Positions 18,992 to 28,599 of a stretch of DNA of 64,000 nucleotides are shown here, piece by piece. The stretch's first letter is position 1; each line of letters opens with the position of its first letter. The stretch spans positions 2,704,367-2,768,366 of the forward strand of contig NZ_CP186274.1 in NCBI RefSeq assembly GCF_049331405.1, given 5' to 3'. The position numbers and the translations under genes are program-made. Below the pieces are notes generated by a model. That model was not told the DNA's origin. It was given only the letters and a program-made list of their open reading frames with translations, and ran no database searches. The stretch comes from Singulisphaera sp. PoT. GTDB lineage: Bacteria > Planctomycetota > Planctomycetia > Isosphaerales > Isosphaeraceae.

Positions 18992-20038
18992 TCAGCTCCC
19001 CACAAACTGGGCGTAGAGCGTCCGGGCCTTGGTGATGTCGTTGGTTCCCTTGATGATCGCGCGACCGTCGGGGAAGACCGTGAACTCGTGGCCTTCCGCC
19101 GCGAAGCGGAGCATGAAGTTGTTGTGCCGCACTTCGCCCAGGGGGGACAACCGGGTCGCGAGTTCGGGGAAGTTGAGCGGCTCGGCGCGTCGGGTGGCGA
19201 TCTGGACCGCGTTGCGGCCGCAGAGCGTGGTCGTGTGGGAGCCGAGAGCCCCGTCGAGCCACTCGAACTTGCGCTGACGACAGCAAGGGCAGTCCACCTT
19301 GCCGAGCAGGCCGGCCACCTTGAGACGGCGGAAGCTCCACTCCCAGATGTCGACCATGATCAGCTCGTTGTTCAGGGCGTCGGTCGCGCCGCTGAGGAGC
19401 TTGATGGCCTCGATGGCCTCGAACGAGGCGATGACCGAGACCGCGGGGCCGAGCACGCCGGCCGTCTCGCAGGTGGGGGTCATGCCCGGCGGCGGGCTCG
19501 TCTCGATCAGGCAGCGGATGCAGGGGGTCTTGCCCGGGATGATGGTCATCGTCTGACCTTCGCTCCCGATGACGCCGCCGAAGATCCAGGGCTTGTCGAG
19601 CTTCACCGCCGCGTCGTTGATGAGGTAGCGGGTCTCGAAGTTGTCGGTGCCGTCGAGGATCAGGTCGGCGTCCGAGACGAGGTCGAGGATGTTCGTGTGG
19701 TCGATGTCGGTCACGACCGACTCGATCGACACCGCGCTGTTGATCAGGCGGAGCTTGCGTGCGGCGGCCTCGGCCTTCGGGAGATTGTCCGCGACGTCCG
19801 TCTCGTCGAAGAGGATCTGGCGCTGGAGGTTGTGCGTCTCGATGAAGTCGCGGTCGACGATCCGGATGTGGCCGACGCCCGCGCGGACCAGGTGATTGGC
19901 GAGGACCGTGCCCAGGGCGCCGCAGCCGCAGATCGTGACGCGGCTCTGCATCAACTTGCGCTGACCTGCTTCTCCGAGAGCCGGGAAACGGACCTGGCGG
20001 CTGTACCGATCGAGCGGGTCTGGCGAGGCGGCGGACAT
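18992..20038 (-). CDS. E1-like adenylyltransferase of the ThiF/MoeB/MoeZ family, with a C-terminal Cys-rich extension (CPCC…C) of unknown fold
   Basis: Motifs RYSRQVRF, the nucleotide-binding loop ICGCGALGT and DRDFIETHNLQRQ; the C-terminal CxxC…CPCC zinc-site pattern is common in MoeB/MoeZ. Confidence 0.9.
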   Translation of the reverse strand: MSAASPDPLDRYSRQVRFPALGEAGQRKLMQSRVTICGCGALGTVLANHLVRAGVGHIRIVDRDFIETHNLQRQILFDETDVADNLPKAEAAARKLRLINSAVSIESVVTDIDHTNILDLVSDADLILDGTDNFETRYLINDAAVKLDKPWIFGGVIGSEGQTMTIIPGKTPCIRCLIETSPPPGMTPTCETAGVLGPAVSVIASFEAIEAIKLLSGATDALNNELIMVDIWEWSFRRLKVAGLLGKVDCPCCRQRKFEWLDGALGSHTTTLCGRNAVQIATRRAEPLNFPELATRLSPLGEVRHNNFMLRFAAEGHEFTVFPDGRAIIKGTNDITKARTLYAQFVGS

Positions 20039-20150
20039 GAGCGATTCCCTGGGCTTTGGGCCTTGCTAAGAGTCGATTCGGGTCGTTCGTATCAAATCAA
20101 ATCAAGATCACTGGACTCGAAAGGCATCAACAGGAGGTCGACGGCCGATC

Positions 20151-20423
20151 TCAGCCGCCGGCGACGGCCGGGATGATGTCGACGACGTCGCGGTCGGCGA
20201 CGGGCGTCTCGAGGTCTTCGAGGAAGCGGATGTCTTCGCTGTTCACGTAAACATTCACGTACTGCTGGAGCTCTCCGCTCGCGCTGAAGATCCGCTTGTG
20301 GAACTCGGGGTAGCGGGTGCCGAGGTCGCTGAGGATCGCGCCCACGGTGGCCCCCTGGGCCTCGACGCGGGTCTGCCCATCGGTGTGGGGGCGGAGCGGG
20401 GTGGGGATGGTGACGACGGGCAT
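20151..20423 (-). CDS. MoaD/ThiS/CysO-type sulfur-carrier protein ending in a free Gly-Gly
   Basis: About 90 aa from MPVVTIPTPL; the C-terminus reads …DIIPAVAGG* (ubiquitin-like beta-grasp with a terminal GG). The ORF could extend to 20525. Confidence 0.8.
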   Translation of the reverse strand: MPVVTIPTPLRPHTDGQTRVEAQGATVGAILSDLGTRYPEFHKRIFSASGELQQYVNVYVNSEDIRFLEDLETPVADRDVVDIIPAVAGG

Positions 20424-20673
20424 GTTGCTGAACCTTCTGGCTAGCCAGGCTAGGAAACGTTGGGGGCGAAGGAAGAGGAGAGGGGTCCGCCCTCGGACCG
20501 GCCTCGCCTTGGCCATCTCATTCATTTTATTGTACGGCAGGACCCAGCCGCTTCGGGGCGGGTCCTGCCCGTGGATGTTGCCCGTTCGCGGCGACGGGGC
20601 ATCCCGACGACGCCGGGGCTGGGCTCGCGCCCTCGCCGGTTTGGCTGCCGGCGTCGGGCGGCCTCGCTCAGGC

Positions 20674-21948
20674 TCAGGCCGTCGTGGCCGTGAGCTCGTT
20701 GGCTTCGACCCCGACCAGGGCCTCGAACTCGTCGAGCGACGGCTTGATGACGACCGGCTTGGCGATCTTGCCCAGCAAGGCCTCCTGCGTCTTCAGGCCG
20801 TTGCCCGTGATGCAGAGGACGGTCGAGCCGTCGCGATCGATCTTGCCCTGGGCGATCAACTTCTGGGCAACCGCGACGGTCACGCCGCCGGCGGTCTCGG
20901 CCCAGATCCCTTCGGTCTCGGCCAGCAGTCGCATCGCGGAGACGATCGCGTCGTCGTCCACGTCCTCGCTCCAGCCGCCCGTGTCTCGGATCAGCTTGGA
21001 GGCGAAGTAGCCGTCGGCGGGATCGCCGATGGCGAGGCTCTTGGCGATCGTGTTCGGGTTCCGGACCGGCTTGACCTTCAGGGCGTCGGTCTTGACCGTG
21101 TTCGAGATCGGGTTGCAGCCGGTGGCCTGGGCACCGTACATCTTGGTGTTGACGGGCCCTTCGATCAGGCCGAGGAGCTCCAGCTCCTTGAACGACTTGT
21201 GCAGCTTGCCGATCAGGCTGCCGCCGGCCATCGGGGCGACGACGTGGTCGGGGATCTTCCAGCCGAGGTCTTCGGCAATCTCGAAGCCCATCGACTTCGA
21301 ACCTTCGGCGTAGAAGGGGCGGAGGTTGACGTTCACGAAGCCCCAGCCGAACCGGAAGGCGATCTGCGAGCAGAGCCGGTTGACGTGGTCGTAGTTCCCC
21401 TCGATGGCGATGACCTTCGCGCCATAGATGGTCGCCCCCAGCACCTTGCCCTGCTCGAGGCCGTCGGGGATCAGGACGTAGGCCTTCAGGCCGGCCGCGG
21501 CGGCGTTGGCCGCCACGCTGCCGGCGAGGTTGCCGGTCGAGGCGCAACCGACCGTCTCGAACCCGAGCTCGACCGCCTTGGACAGCGCCACGGCGACGAC
21601 ACGATCCTTGAACGAGAGCGACGGGTGGCTGACGGCGTCATTCTTGACGTAGAGCTCGCGGACGCCCAGCGCCTCGGCGAGGCGGTCCGCCTTGATCAAG
21701 GGGGTGCAGCCGACGTGCTTGCCGACGGTCGGCTCGCCGTCAAGCGGCAGGAGCTCGCGATACCGCCACATCGTCCGGGGTCGGGCTTCGATCGCCTTGC
21801 GGGTGAAGGATCTGGCGACCGCCTCGTAGTCGTATGCGACTTCGAGAGGGCCGAAGTCCTCCGTGCAGAAGTTCAACGCTTCTTTGGGGTACAACTTGCC
21901 GCAGAGGCGACACTTCAAGCCTTGGACGAGATCTCCAGACACCGGCAA
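20674..21948 (-). CDS. Threonine-synthase-family fold-II PLP enzyme with an N-terminal zinc ribbon. Context suggests a homocysteine synthase that uses a protein thiocarboxylate (MetM-like) rather than a housekeeping ThrC.
   Basis: N-terminus has LKCRLCGKLYP…C; the PLP lysine region SLSFKDRV is present. It is the first gene after the SAM-I riboswitch. TTG/GTG start. Confidence 0.85.
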   Translation of the reverse strand: MPVSGDLVQGLKCRLCGKLYPKEALNFCTEDFGPLEVAYDYEAVARSFTRKAIEARPRTMWRYRELLPLDGEPTVGKHVGCTPLIKADRLAEALGVRELYVKNDAVSHPSLSFKDRVVAVALSKAVELGFETVGCASTGNLAGSVAANAAAAGLKAYVLIPDGLEQGKVLGATIYGAKVIAIEGNYDHVNRLCSQIAFRFGWGFVNVNLRPFYAEGSKSMGFEIAEDLGWKIPDHVVAPMAGGSLIGKLHKSFKELELLGLIEGPVNTKMYGAQATGCNPISNTVKTDALKVKPVRNPNTIAKSLAIGDPADGYFASKLIRDTGGWSEDVDDDAIVSAMRLLAETEGIWAETAGGVTVAVAQKLIAQGKIDRDGSTVLCITGNGLKTQEALLGKIAKPVVIKPSLDEFEALVGVEANELTATTA

Positions 21949-22139
21949 TTCTCCTGTGGTCCTCTCCGCAACCGTGGGCAGACGGCCGCGAGGCGGGACG
22001 GTGAGATAGAACGATTACCCCGAGGGATAAACGCCCCGATGCGCGATGATCCAGAACTCATGAGGGGAGACGAATGGAATGGATGAGGTAGGCCGAAGGC
22101 GAGCCGTTTTGCGATGAAAACGAAGATTCGCCGGAGGCC

Positions 22140-22276
22140 ATCTTATCTATCCCATCGGCACATCGAGCGTTTCAGCGTCGATGCACTGGGCAGGAGTTAG
22201 CACCAGCATTCACCCGATGGTGAACCGGTTGCTGTGGCGTCGCAGGGCCCGTCCCTCAGCCACTCTGGATAAGATG
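22140..22276 (-). ncRNA. SAM-I (S-box) riboswitch in the leader of the thrC-like/moaD-like/moeB-like/csd operon
   Basis: The minus-strand read TCTTATCCAGAGTGGCTGAGGGACGGGCCCTGCGACGCCACAGCAACCGG…GGTGCTAACTCCTGC…GATAGATAAGA matches the S-box conserved blocks (CTTATCaAGAG.GG.GGAGGGAC.GGCCC..GA..CC..GCAACC / GGTGCTAA.TCCTGC / AGATaAG). Further downstream there is a large imperfect palindrome (expression platform) and then the TTG/GTG start at 21948. Confidence 0.7.
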
Positions 22277-22371
22277 CGCACCAAATTGTGATCGAGTTAC
22301 TGTATGCCGATGGGCGACCATCCGTCAAGTCCCCGCGATGCGGGACCGCCGAATTTCAACGCTCATACACA

Positions 22372-22410
22372 AGCCCAAAACGAGCACGGCGGCCATGTTG
22401 AGGCCGCCGC
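22372..22410 (-). terminator. Intrinsic terminator of alaS: 8-bp GC stem (CGGCGGCC/GGCCGCCG), 7-nt loop, then CGTTTTGGG on the minus strand
   Basis: Read directly, about 40 nt after the alaS stop. Confidence 0.55.
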
Positions 22411-22449
22411 ACCCGGTCATCTCGGATGATGTTTCAAGCCGGCTTGGGC

Positions 22450-25068
22450 TCAACCCTGGAGCTTGGCCTTGACGTGGGCGAGGGCCTTCTCGAGGGCCTC
22501 GGCGACCTTGCTCGGATCTTTGCCGCCGGCCTGGGCGAGGTCGGGCCGGCCACCGCCGCCGCCCCCCACCACCGGGGCCACGTCCTTGAGCCAGTGGCCG
22601 GCGTTCAGGACCTTACTCTCGACGATGTCGGGGGTCAGGCCCGCGGCCAGGTTCACCTTGCCGTCGACCACCGAGGCCAGCAGGACGGCCAGGCCCGTGC
22701 CCACCTTACGCCTGAGGACGTCAATCAACTGGCGGAGGTCGTCGGGCGAGACGTTCTCGAGGGCGTGTGCGATGACCTTCAAGTCATTCACGGCCGTCGC
22801 CGAGGCGAGCAGCTCGTCGGGGGACGCCTTGGTGGACGGCCCCTCGGCTTTCCGCTGCTTGGCCTCTTTCTTGAGGGTCTTGATCTCCTCGAGGATCGTG
22901 TTGACGCGATCGACGACCATCGCCGGCGAGACCTTGAGGCTCTGGGCGACCTCGGAGAGGATCTCCTCCTCCTGGCGGACATAGTCGATCGCCGCCTGAC
23001 CCGTCAGCGCCGTGATGCGCCTGACACCCGCCGAGACCGATTCCTCGGAGACGATCTTGAACAGGCCGACCTGGCCGACGTTGTCCAGGTGTGTGCCGCC
23101 GCAGAGCTCGCGAGAGAACTCGCCCATCTTCACGACGCGGACGATATCCGGGTACTTCTCGCCGAAGAGGGCCATCGCGCCGAGCGACCGGGCCTCTTCG
23201 ATCGGCATCGTCGACCAGGAGACGTCCTCGCCCAGGAGCACGCGTTGATTGACCGTCTCCTCGACCAGTCGCAAGCGATCGCGGCCGACCGCCTCCGGAT
23301 TCGAGAAGTCGAAGCGGAGCCGGTCCGGCTCGACCTTGCTCCCCGCCTGCTGCGCGTGCTTGCCGAGGTGCGTGTGGAGCGCGTGGTGGAGCACGTGGGT
23401 CGCCGAGTGGGCGCGGCGGATCGCCTGACGCCTCGTCGGGTCGACCACGGCCTTGGCGCGATTCCCCACCGCAACCTTGCCCTCGACGACGTTGCCGATG
23501 TGGATCGTGAAGTCGTTATCTTTCTTCGTATCGATGACCTGGAAGACGAAGCCCTCGCCCCGGATCTCGCCGAGGTCGCCGACCTGCCCGCCGCTCTCGC
23601 CATAGAAGGGCGTGCGATCCAGGATCAGGGCCACGGGCGTGGTCCCGCCGACCTGGGCCGAATCGGCGAGGTTCTTCTGCTCGATGATCCCGATCACCTC
23701 CGAATCCGATTCGGTGGTCTCGTAACCGAGGAACTCGCTGCCCCGGTGGTAGGACTTCTTGAGCGTATCGAGCGGCCCCGTCGCGAAGACGGCGGCCGCC
23801 TCGGTCGTGCCTCGCGAGATGGCCCCGTGCTTGTCAGACGCCTCCTCGAAGGCCTTCATGTCGACGCGGAGGTTCTGGTCGTTCGCCAGGCTCTCGGTGA
23901 CCTCGATGGGAATACCGTAGGTCGAGTGCAGCACGAACGCCTCGGCACCCGAGAAGGTGTCCGAGCCGGCGGCCTTCGTCTTGCTGAAGGTGTCGTTGAG
24001 GCGCTTGAGCCCGTTCTCCAGGTTATTGAGGAACTGCTCTTCTTCCTCCCGCACGACGGTCTGGATGCGCTTGACGCTCTCCTGAAGCTCCGGATAGGGG
24101 CGCTTCATCACGTCGGCAACCGTCGGGATGATCTGGTAGAGGAACGGCTCGCGATATCCCATCTGGTAGGCGTCGAGCACCGCGCGACGCAGCAGACGCC
24201 GGATCACATATCCCTGCTTCTGCTTGTCGGGCTTGACGTTCTCGTGGATGCAGAAGGTCAAGGCGCGGGAGTGATCCGCCATCCGGCGGATCCGGATGCC
24301 GTCGAGGCTGCTCGCGTCATACTTGACGCTCAACTGGTCGGAGACCGCGGCGACGATCGGCTTGAAGATGTCGGTCGCGAAGACGGTCGGCACCCCCTGC
24401 AAGCAGGCCGCCGCGCGCTCAAGGCCCATGCCCGTGTCGATGTTCTTGCTGGGCAGGGGCTCGAGCTGCCCGGGCCCGACGCGGTTGAACTGGGTGAAGA
24501 CGAGGTTCCAGATCTCGACTTCCTTGGGGCCGTTGCCGTGATAGAAGATCTCGGAGCAGGGGCCGCAGACCCCGTCGGGGCCGTGCGTCGGCGCGCCCGC
24601 CGGCCAGAAGTTGTCGTCCTCTCCCATGCGGGTGATCCGCGAGGCGGGGACCTTGATCTCGTCGTGCCAGATGTTGAACGCTTCGTCGTCGTCGAGGTAG
24701 ACCGTGATCGTGAGCCGCTCGCGGTCCATCTTGAGGACCTTGGTGAGGAACTCCCAGGCCCAGTGGATCGCCTCGCGCTTGAAGTAGTCGCCGAAGCTGA
24801 AGTTCCCGAGCATTTCGAAGAATGTCTCGTGGAACGACGTCTTGCCGACGTTCTCGATGTCGCCGGTGCGGATGCACTTCTGGCACGTCGTCGCGCGGGT
24901 GAAGTTCGGGTCTCCGAGGCCCATGAACTCCCGCTTGAACTGGTTCATGCCTGCCGGCGTGAACAACACGGTCGGGTCGTTCGGGACCAGCACGTCGCTG
25001 GGACGGCGGACGCAGCCCTTGGAGACGAAGAAGTCGAGATATGCTTCGCGAAGTTCGTCGGTAGTCAT
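22450..25068 (-). CDS. alaS: Alanine--tRNA ligase
   Basis: 872 aa; canonical N-terminus MTTDELREAYLDFFVSKGC…; editing-domain HxxxH motifs and a C-terminal DHHA1-like domain. Confidence 0.97.
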   Translation of the reverse strand: MTTDELREAYLDFFVSKGCVRRPSDVLVPNDPTVLFTPAGMNQFKREFMGLGDPNFTRATTCQKCIRTGDIENVGKTSFHETFFEMLGNFSFGDYFKREAIHWAWEFLTKVLKMDRERLTITVYLDDDEAFNIWHDEIKVPASRITRMGEDDNFWPAGAPTHGPDGVCGPCSEIFYHGNGPKEVEIWNLVFTQFNRVGPGQLEPLPSKNIDTGMGLERAAACLQGVPTVFATDIFKPIVAAVSDQLSVKYDASSLDGIRIRRMADHSRALTFCIHENVKPDKQKQGYVIRRLLRRAVLDAYQMGYREPFLYQIIPTVADVMKRPYPELQESVKRIQTVVREEEEQFLNNLENGLKRLNDTFSKTKAAGSDTFSGAEAFVLHSTYGIPIEVTESLANDQNLRVDMKAFEEASDKHGAISRGTTEAAAVFATGPLDTLKKSYHRGSEFLGYETTESDSEVIGIIEQKNLADSAQVGGTTPVALILDRTPFYGESGGQVGDLGEIRGEGFVFQVIDTKKDNDFTIHIGNVVEGKVAVGNRAKAVVDPTRRQAIRRAHSATHVLHHALHTHLGKHAQQAGSKVEPDRLRFDFSNPEAVGRDRLRLVEETVNQRVLLGEDVSWSTMPIEEARSLGAMALFGEKYPDIVRVVKMGEFSRELCGGTHLDNVGQVGLFKIVSEESVSAGVRRITALTGQAAIDYVRQEEEILSEVAQSLKVSPAMVVDRVNTILEEIKTLKKEAKQRKAEGPSTKASPDELLASATAVNDLKVIAHALENVSPDDLRQLIDVLRRKVGTGLAVLLASVVDGKVNLAAGLTPDIVESKVLNAGHWLKDVAPVVGGGGGGRPDLAQAGGKDPSKVAEALEKALAHVKAKLQG

Positions 25069-25344
25069 GGGAAAAGTCGTTTACTTGAGTCCTAGGGCTG
25101 GGTCACGCACAAGAGACAGACGATTCGGGAGCGGCCTCATCTCGGCCCCTCCGTCGGGGCCGGTCCTCAACGCTCGGGGACCTACCTCCACGGAGAACCT
25201 TAATCGGAAACCGGGTTCGGACGCCTGGCGGATTCGCAACGGATTCTACGCCCTGAGCGCCGACAATGCGATAATGGCGAGTCCGGGATGGACCGCCTGG
25301 CCGACCCGAGGCCTATAAACCTCGGGGCCGGCAGCTTTCCGGCC

Positions 25345-26751
25345 CTATTTGACCGTGACGGGGCCGATATCGGTCAACACAGTGACGGGGCCGTCGCGAC
25401 CGGCGATCGCCTTCGAGAATTCCGCCGGGCTGCGGACGGGCTTGCCCTCGACGGATCGGATCAACTGCCCCTGCTTGAGCCCGGCCTTCTCGGCGGGAGA
25501 GCCCGTCTCGACCTCGACGATGACCACTCCCCCCATGGAGAGGGCGCCGACGAAGTCGCCGCCGAGCATCCGCGTGGGCAGCGTGCTTGTAAAGTCGACC
25601 CGGGCGCCTCGCCAGGGCAGGGGACGGTTCGTGGCGATCACCTCGCCGTCGACCCTGAACTTGGCCAGCTCCACCGTGCGCTCGATCGTCTCGTTGCGGC
25701 GGCGGATCTTGAGCGGAATCTGAGTGCCGACCGGCACCGAGTTGATCGCCAGCACGAGGTCGTCGACGTCGTGCAGTTCCCTGTCGCCGACGGAGAGGAT
25801 CTGGTCATCGAGCAGGATGCCCCCCATCGCCGCGGGCGAACCCGGCTGGGCCTGGGTCACGCGGGTCGTCCTGGTCTGACGATCGAGGCCGATGCCGAGG
25901 TAGCCGTACTCGACTTCCTTCCCCTCGCGGAGCGCGTTGATGGCCCGCCGCCCCATGGCGTCGATCGGGATCGCGTAGCCGGCCAGGGCGTCGAACCCGG
26001 CGGCGTTGGCGCTGCTCGATGTCAGGCCGACCAGCTCTCCCTTCAGGTTGACGACCGCGCCGCCGCTCATGCCGAGGTTGAGCTTGGAGTCGAGCTGCAG
26101 GAGCGTCGGGTAATTCTTGAGCGAGAGGGGCTGCGTCTCGTCGAGCTGCTCGATCCGGCGTGCGATGTTCGAGAGGATCCCCCAACTCGCCGAGGGTCGC
26201 CCATCCCGGATCGCCGCGTTGAACGGGTTCCCGAGCGCCACGAGGAACGAGCCCTTGCGGAGCTTGGTGGCATCGCCGAGCGAAATCGGCGTGAACTTGA
26301 GGGCGCGGGCCGTCCTGACCTCGCGGGGCATGACCACCGCCAGGTCGCTCCTGGGGTCGGCGGCGATGATCTCGGCCTCGAATTCGGGGTTGCCGATCGA
26401 GCGGATGTGGATCCGGCTCGCCCCCTTGACCACGTGGAAGGCCGTGAGGATCTCTCCCTTGTCCCCGATCACCACGCCGGAGCCATAATCGAAGGTGAGC
26501 GTGTCGGGCCCGAACGGGTCGGACGGAGGCGCGGGATTCTTGCCGCGGATGGCCGTGGTCACGTCGTTCTCGGCCCGCTCCCGGGCGATCGCGACGACCG
26601 AGGGCTCCGCCTTGGCGATGGCGTCGGCCAGGGCCGTCTCCAGGGCCGTCGCGACGTCGATCGCCGCCGGTGGGGGGCTGGGTGCGGGGGCAGGTGCGGG
26701 ATTGTCGGCCCCGAGGACGAGGAGGCAGGCCAACGGGAGTATGTTCGGCAT
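25345..26751 (-). CDS. Periplasmic trypsin-like serine protease of the HtrA/DegP family with two PDZ domains
   Basis: Signal peptide; catalytic triad context (TAFHVV, DLAV, GMSGGAV); C-terminal PDZ segments. Confidence 0.9.
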   Translation of the reverse strand: MPNILPLACLLVLGADNPAPAPAPSPPPAAIDVATALETALADAIAKAEPSVVAIARERAENDVTTAIRGKNPAPPSDPFGPDTLTFDYGSGVVIGDKGEILTAFHVVKGASRIHIRSIGNPEFEAEIIAADPRSDLAVVMPREVRTARALKFTPISLGDATKLRKGSFLVALGNPFNAAIRDGRPSASWGILSNIARRIEQLDETQPLSLKNYPTLLQLDSKLNLGMSGGAVVNLKGELVGLTSSSANAAGFDALAGYAIPIDAMGRRAINALREGKEVEYGYLGIGLDRQTRTTRVTQAQPGSPAAMGGILLDDQILSVGDRELHDVDDLVLAINSVPVGTQIPLKIRRRNETIERTVELAKFRVDGEVIATNRPLPWRGARVDFTSTLPTRMLGGDFVGALSMGGVVIVEVETGSPAEKAGLKQGQLIRSVEGKPVRSPAEFSKAIAGRDGPVTVLTDIGPVTVK

Positions 26752-27173
26752 CAACGATCACCTCGCCCGGAGTCCGAGAGGCTCGACATTTCGAATGGAG
26801 AGCCCACTTCCTCTTGGGCATCCTCTAATTTATCTTTTCGAGTTCTCGGCGGTTGAGCAACCCAGGATTGCCCGAACCACGACCATTGTCGATGCCTCGG
26901 GCATGAGAAATCCCCCCCTGCAATGGTCGGTTGCAAAAGCGTCGAGCGGCAGTTGACTTCCCCAAGCCTCCATCGGATAGTGGATGCATTGGGTCATCGA
27001 GAAAGAGCTTCCGTGCTGCGATCGCGAGGCTTTTGATGCCGCTTTGGGGCTCGCATCGGCGGTAGCACTCCGCTCGGCGCAAGACGCGGCCCATGAGCGA
27101 GTCAGTCACCGTTCATTGGTTCAAGCCAACACATCACATGACGGCGATTTCACCCTCCAGGGAGATACCGGCG

Positions 27174-28022
27174 ATGCCGACGTTGCCCCAATCGATGGTC
27201 CTTGGGAGCGGACGGGCGAAGGCGTGGATCCTGTTCGTGGTGGGGGTCCTGTTCACCCTGTCCCTGATGCCGGCACCGGCCGCCCGGGCGCAAGAGCCCG
27301 CCAAGGACGAGGCGGCGAAGGCCGCCGCTGCGCCCGCCCCCGCCGCGGCGGGGAGCACAAGCGACGTCGCCCCCCCCAAGACCAAGTCGATGCTCCGCTG
27401 GGCGCTCGAGGCGTCGGGCCCCATCGGCGTCTTCCTGCTCTGCCTCTCGGTCTACTTCACCTCGGTCGTCATCAAGCTCTTCCTGGAGATGCGGGTGAGC
27501 GAGAACGTCCCGCCTGCGCTCGTCGAGAAGATGGAGGCGGCGATCCGCGACCGCAAGTTCCAGGAGCTCTACGACGCCTGCCGCGACAACGAATCGTTCC
27601 TGGCCAAGGTCGTCCGCACGGGCGTCGCCAACCTGCCCAACGGCCGCCCCGAGGCCAAGGAAGCCATGAACGCCGTGACCGACGAGATCGTCACCGGCAT
27701 GGAATCCAAGATCAGCTACCTCGCCATCATCGGGCAGCTCGGGCCGATGATCGGGCTGGTCGGCACGATCTGGGGCATGATCATGAGCTTCCAGGAAATC
27801 GCCACCGCCGCCGGCTCTCAGCCCAAGCCCGAGAAGGTGGCCGAGGGGATCTCGACGGCCCTCTTCATCACGCTCGAAGGGGTGGCCCTGGCCGTCCCGG
27901 CGATCTTCTTCTTCTCCTTCTTCCGGAACCGGATCGCGACGATCGCCATGGAGGTCACCAAGGTGGCCGACCGCACGATCGCCTCGCTGGTCCAGGCCGC
28001 CAAGCAGTCCAAGACCGTCTGA
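27174..28022 (+). CDS. MotA/TolQ/ExbB-family proton channel (cassette 1)
   Basis: Hallmark region GPMIGLVGTIWGMIMSF…EGISTALFITLEGVALAVPAIFFFSFFRNRI. The start is taken at an internal Met; the ORF extends to 27093. Confidence 0.9.
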   Translation: MPTLPQSMVLGSGRAKAWILFVVGVLFTLSLMPAPAARAQEPAKDEAAKAAAAPAPAAAGSTSDVAPPKTKSMLRWALEASGPIGVFLLCLSVYFTSVVIKLFLEMRVSENVPPALVEKMEAAIRDRKFQELYDACRDNESFLAKVVRTGVANLPNGRPEAKEAMNAVTDEIVTGMESKISYLAIIGQLGPMIGLVGTIWGMIMSFQEIATAAGSQPKPEKVAEGISTALFITLEGVALAVPAIFFFSFFRNRIATIAMEVTKVADRTIASLVQAAKQSKTV

Positions 28023-28076
28023 TCGGACCGGATCCGGACGGGCACAACGAGCAGGAAGTGGAGAGGAGACGCGACC

Positions 28077-28544
28077 ATGTCCGCCTCGATGAGTTCCGAG
28101 ATGTCGGCGGAGCCCAATCTCACCCCCTTGCTGGACGTCGTCTTCCAGTTGATCACGTTCTTCATGCTCGTGATCAACTTCAGCAACGAGAACTACGACC
28201 AGCGCATCAAGCTGCCGGTGGCGGGCTCGGCCCAGCCCACCGAAGATGGGCAGAAGGGGGTCGACGAAGACCGGCTGGTCCTCAACATCAGCAACCAGGG
28301 GCACCTCCTGGTCAACGGCAAGGACCTGCCGTCCGATAAGGCCGGCGCGGAGATCCGGCACCTGGCGGACCTCACCCGCCGCAACCTGGACGCGGCCGGG
28401 GTCAAGAAGTCTGCCGACCTGCCCACGACGATCATCCTCCGGGCCGACAAGGGCACCGAGTTCTCCGACCTGTACGCCCTGATCACGCAGTGCCAGGCCA
28501 ATGGCTTCCGCAAATTCGCCCTCAAGGCGATGAGCGGAGAATAA
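28077..28544 (+). CDS. ExbD/TolR-family protein (cassette 1, type a)
   Basis: N-terminus NLTPLLDVVFQLITFFMLVINF is the ExbD signature TM segment. Confidence 0.9.
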   Translation: MSASMSSEMSAEPNLTPLLDVVFQLITFFMLVINFSNENYDQRIKLPVAGSAQPTEDGQKGVDEDRLVLNISNQGHLLVNGKDLPSDKAGAEIRHLADLTRRNLDAAGVKKSADLPTTIILRADKGTEFSDLYALITQCQANGFRKFALKAMSGE

Positions 28545-28599
28545 TGACGCCGATCGGTTCCTCCCAGCGGATCCATTCAGCTTTGCGGGGGTTATTCTC

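Noticed and set aside
20317-22086. 589-aa + strand ORF, plus 341-aa and 108-aa ORFs, across the thrC-like / moaD-like region
   Set aside because: They lie opposite to or overlap well-supported genes. They have extreme Arg/Gly/Asp content and no recognisable domains.
21949-22139. Putative sigma70 promoter TTGACG-18-TACAGT (minus strand, ~22300) and the expression-platform palindrome
   Set aside because: The spacing is non-optimal and there are many alternatives in this 500-bp leader. The palindrome is mentioned under the riboswitch finding rather than called as a separate feature.
22426-25095. 889-aa + strand ORF mirroring alaS
   Set aside because: It is a perfect antisense shadow of alanyl-tRNA synthetase, with the typical high-GC antisense composition.
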